A stretch of 64,000 nt of DNA from Vulcanimicrobiota bacterium (GTDB lineage Bacteria > Vulcanimicrobiota > Vulcanimicrobiia > Vulcanimicrobiales > Vulcanimicrobiaceae), in contig CAWHWQ010000001.1 in assembly GCA_963833095.1 (NCBI GenBank), forward strand, positions 320,001 to 384,000. Reading direction: 5' to 3'. The notes below the pieces were generated by a model. The model was not told where the DNA came from. It worked only from the letters and a program-made list of their open reading frames with translations, and did no database searches. The translations under genes were made by a program, and so were the position numbers. Shown here piece after piece: positions 61,476 to 64,000 of this stretch; positions within the stretch are counted from its first letter, which is position 1; each line of letters starts with the position of its first letter.

Positions 61476-61976
61476 CTATCTTAGCACTCCGGGGGTCGGA
61501 GTGCCAACAGCCGGGGTCGCAAGCGCCCTCAGGATTGCCGTTCGCAGCTCGTCCCACGACAGCCCACCCTTGGAGATATACGAAACGTTGCCGCTTGGAT
61601 CGACCACCACCGTGAGCGGGATGGGCGGCGTGGAGTAGGCGGACGAGATCGAACCGTCCAGGTCTTCGACCAGCGGCAGCGAGCTATCCAGATTCCAGAG
61701 GCGCAGGTAGCTCGCGGCGACATCGTGCGGTTCCGAGGAGATCGTCAACAGATCGATCTTCGAGCCGAACATTTCGGTTGCGTCCACGAAATACTTCAAC
61801 TCATCGGTGCACGGTGGACACCACGTCGCCCAAAAATTCAGCACGACCACTTTGCCTCGGAGGTCGTACAGGCGCTTCGTCCCCTTAGCACTTGGAATGG
61901 TGAAGTCAGGCGGAGGCGCGTGCTCGTGCACTCGCGCCAGAACCGTCGTGGCGGCGAGCACGAACGCGGCTAACAT
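61476..61976 (-). CDS. TlpA/ResA-like thioredoxin
   Basis: GKVVVLNFWATWCPPC. Confidence 0.85.
   Translation of the reverse strand: MLAAFVLAATTVLARVHEHAPPPDFTIPSAKGTKRLYDLRGKVVVLNFWATWCPPCTDELKYFVDATEMFGSKIDLLTISSEPHDVAASYLRLWNLDSSLPLVEDLDGSISSAYSTPPIPLTVVVDPSGNVSYISKGGLSWDELRTAILRALATPAVGTPTPGVLR
61481..61507. promoter_or_regulatory. CIRCE element overlapping the hrcA promoter
   Basis: TTAGCACTC-N9-GAGTGCCAA, one mismatch to the TTAGCACTC-N9-GAGTGCTAA consensus. Confidence 0.92.
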
Positions 61977-62030
61977 TTGTATGACTTTTTCGGCAGGCAT
62001 TTGCGATGACCCCCGGTGAACTCGGCCAGC

Positions 62031-63983
<1,953 letters not shown>

Positions 63984-63990
63984 GTCCTGG

Positions 63991-64000
63991 TTGTCATCCC
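63991..64000 (+). repeat. Probable start of a second family-B REP-like copy (cut by the window edge)
   Basis: TTGTCATCCC is identical to 30619-30628 and also lies a few nt after a stop codon. Confidence 0.5.

Overview
GC-rich bacterial chromosomal window, mostly housekeeping genes: ahcY-metK, etfBA, accDA, hrcA-dnaJ-rsmE, acs, hldD and divIC-S1-ppx-tRNA-Leu. Diderm traits (TonB-dependent receptors, TonB, an LPS heptose epimerase) occur alongside Terrabacteria-type gene order. This suggests Eremiobacterota/Vulcanimicrobiota, which is an inference. No CRISPR array, transposase, integrase or prophage was seen. Several genes, mainly in the first 7.5 kb, carry 1-2 nt indels that look like long-read consensus errors. 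Highlights: (1) a metal-uptake region at about 27-39 kb. A His-rich 4-TM upstream ORF ending in a RAPP-like RPPP motif overlaps an anti-Shine-Dalgarno hairpin/pseudoknot directly before a TonB-dependent receptor and a P19-like Met/His-rich protein, making it a candidate ribosome-arrest metal sensor. It faces a paralogous receptor controlled by a Fur box. (2) A 237-nt group I intron in the anticodon of tRNA-Leu(UAA). (3) A 209-bp structured element with perfect 20-bp terminal inverted repeats, inserted exactly at the stop/start junction of a ymdB-like gene and supplying its RBS. (4) Two REP-like repeat families and a 100-bp tandem duplication. (5) Recognisable CIRCE, Fur and MntR/DtxR-type operators. 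All family assignments come from motif recognition by eye, not database searches.
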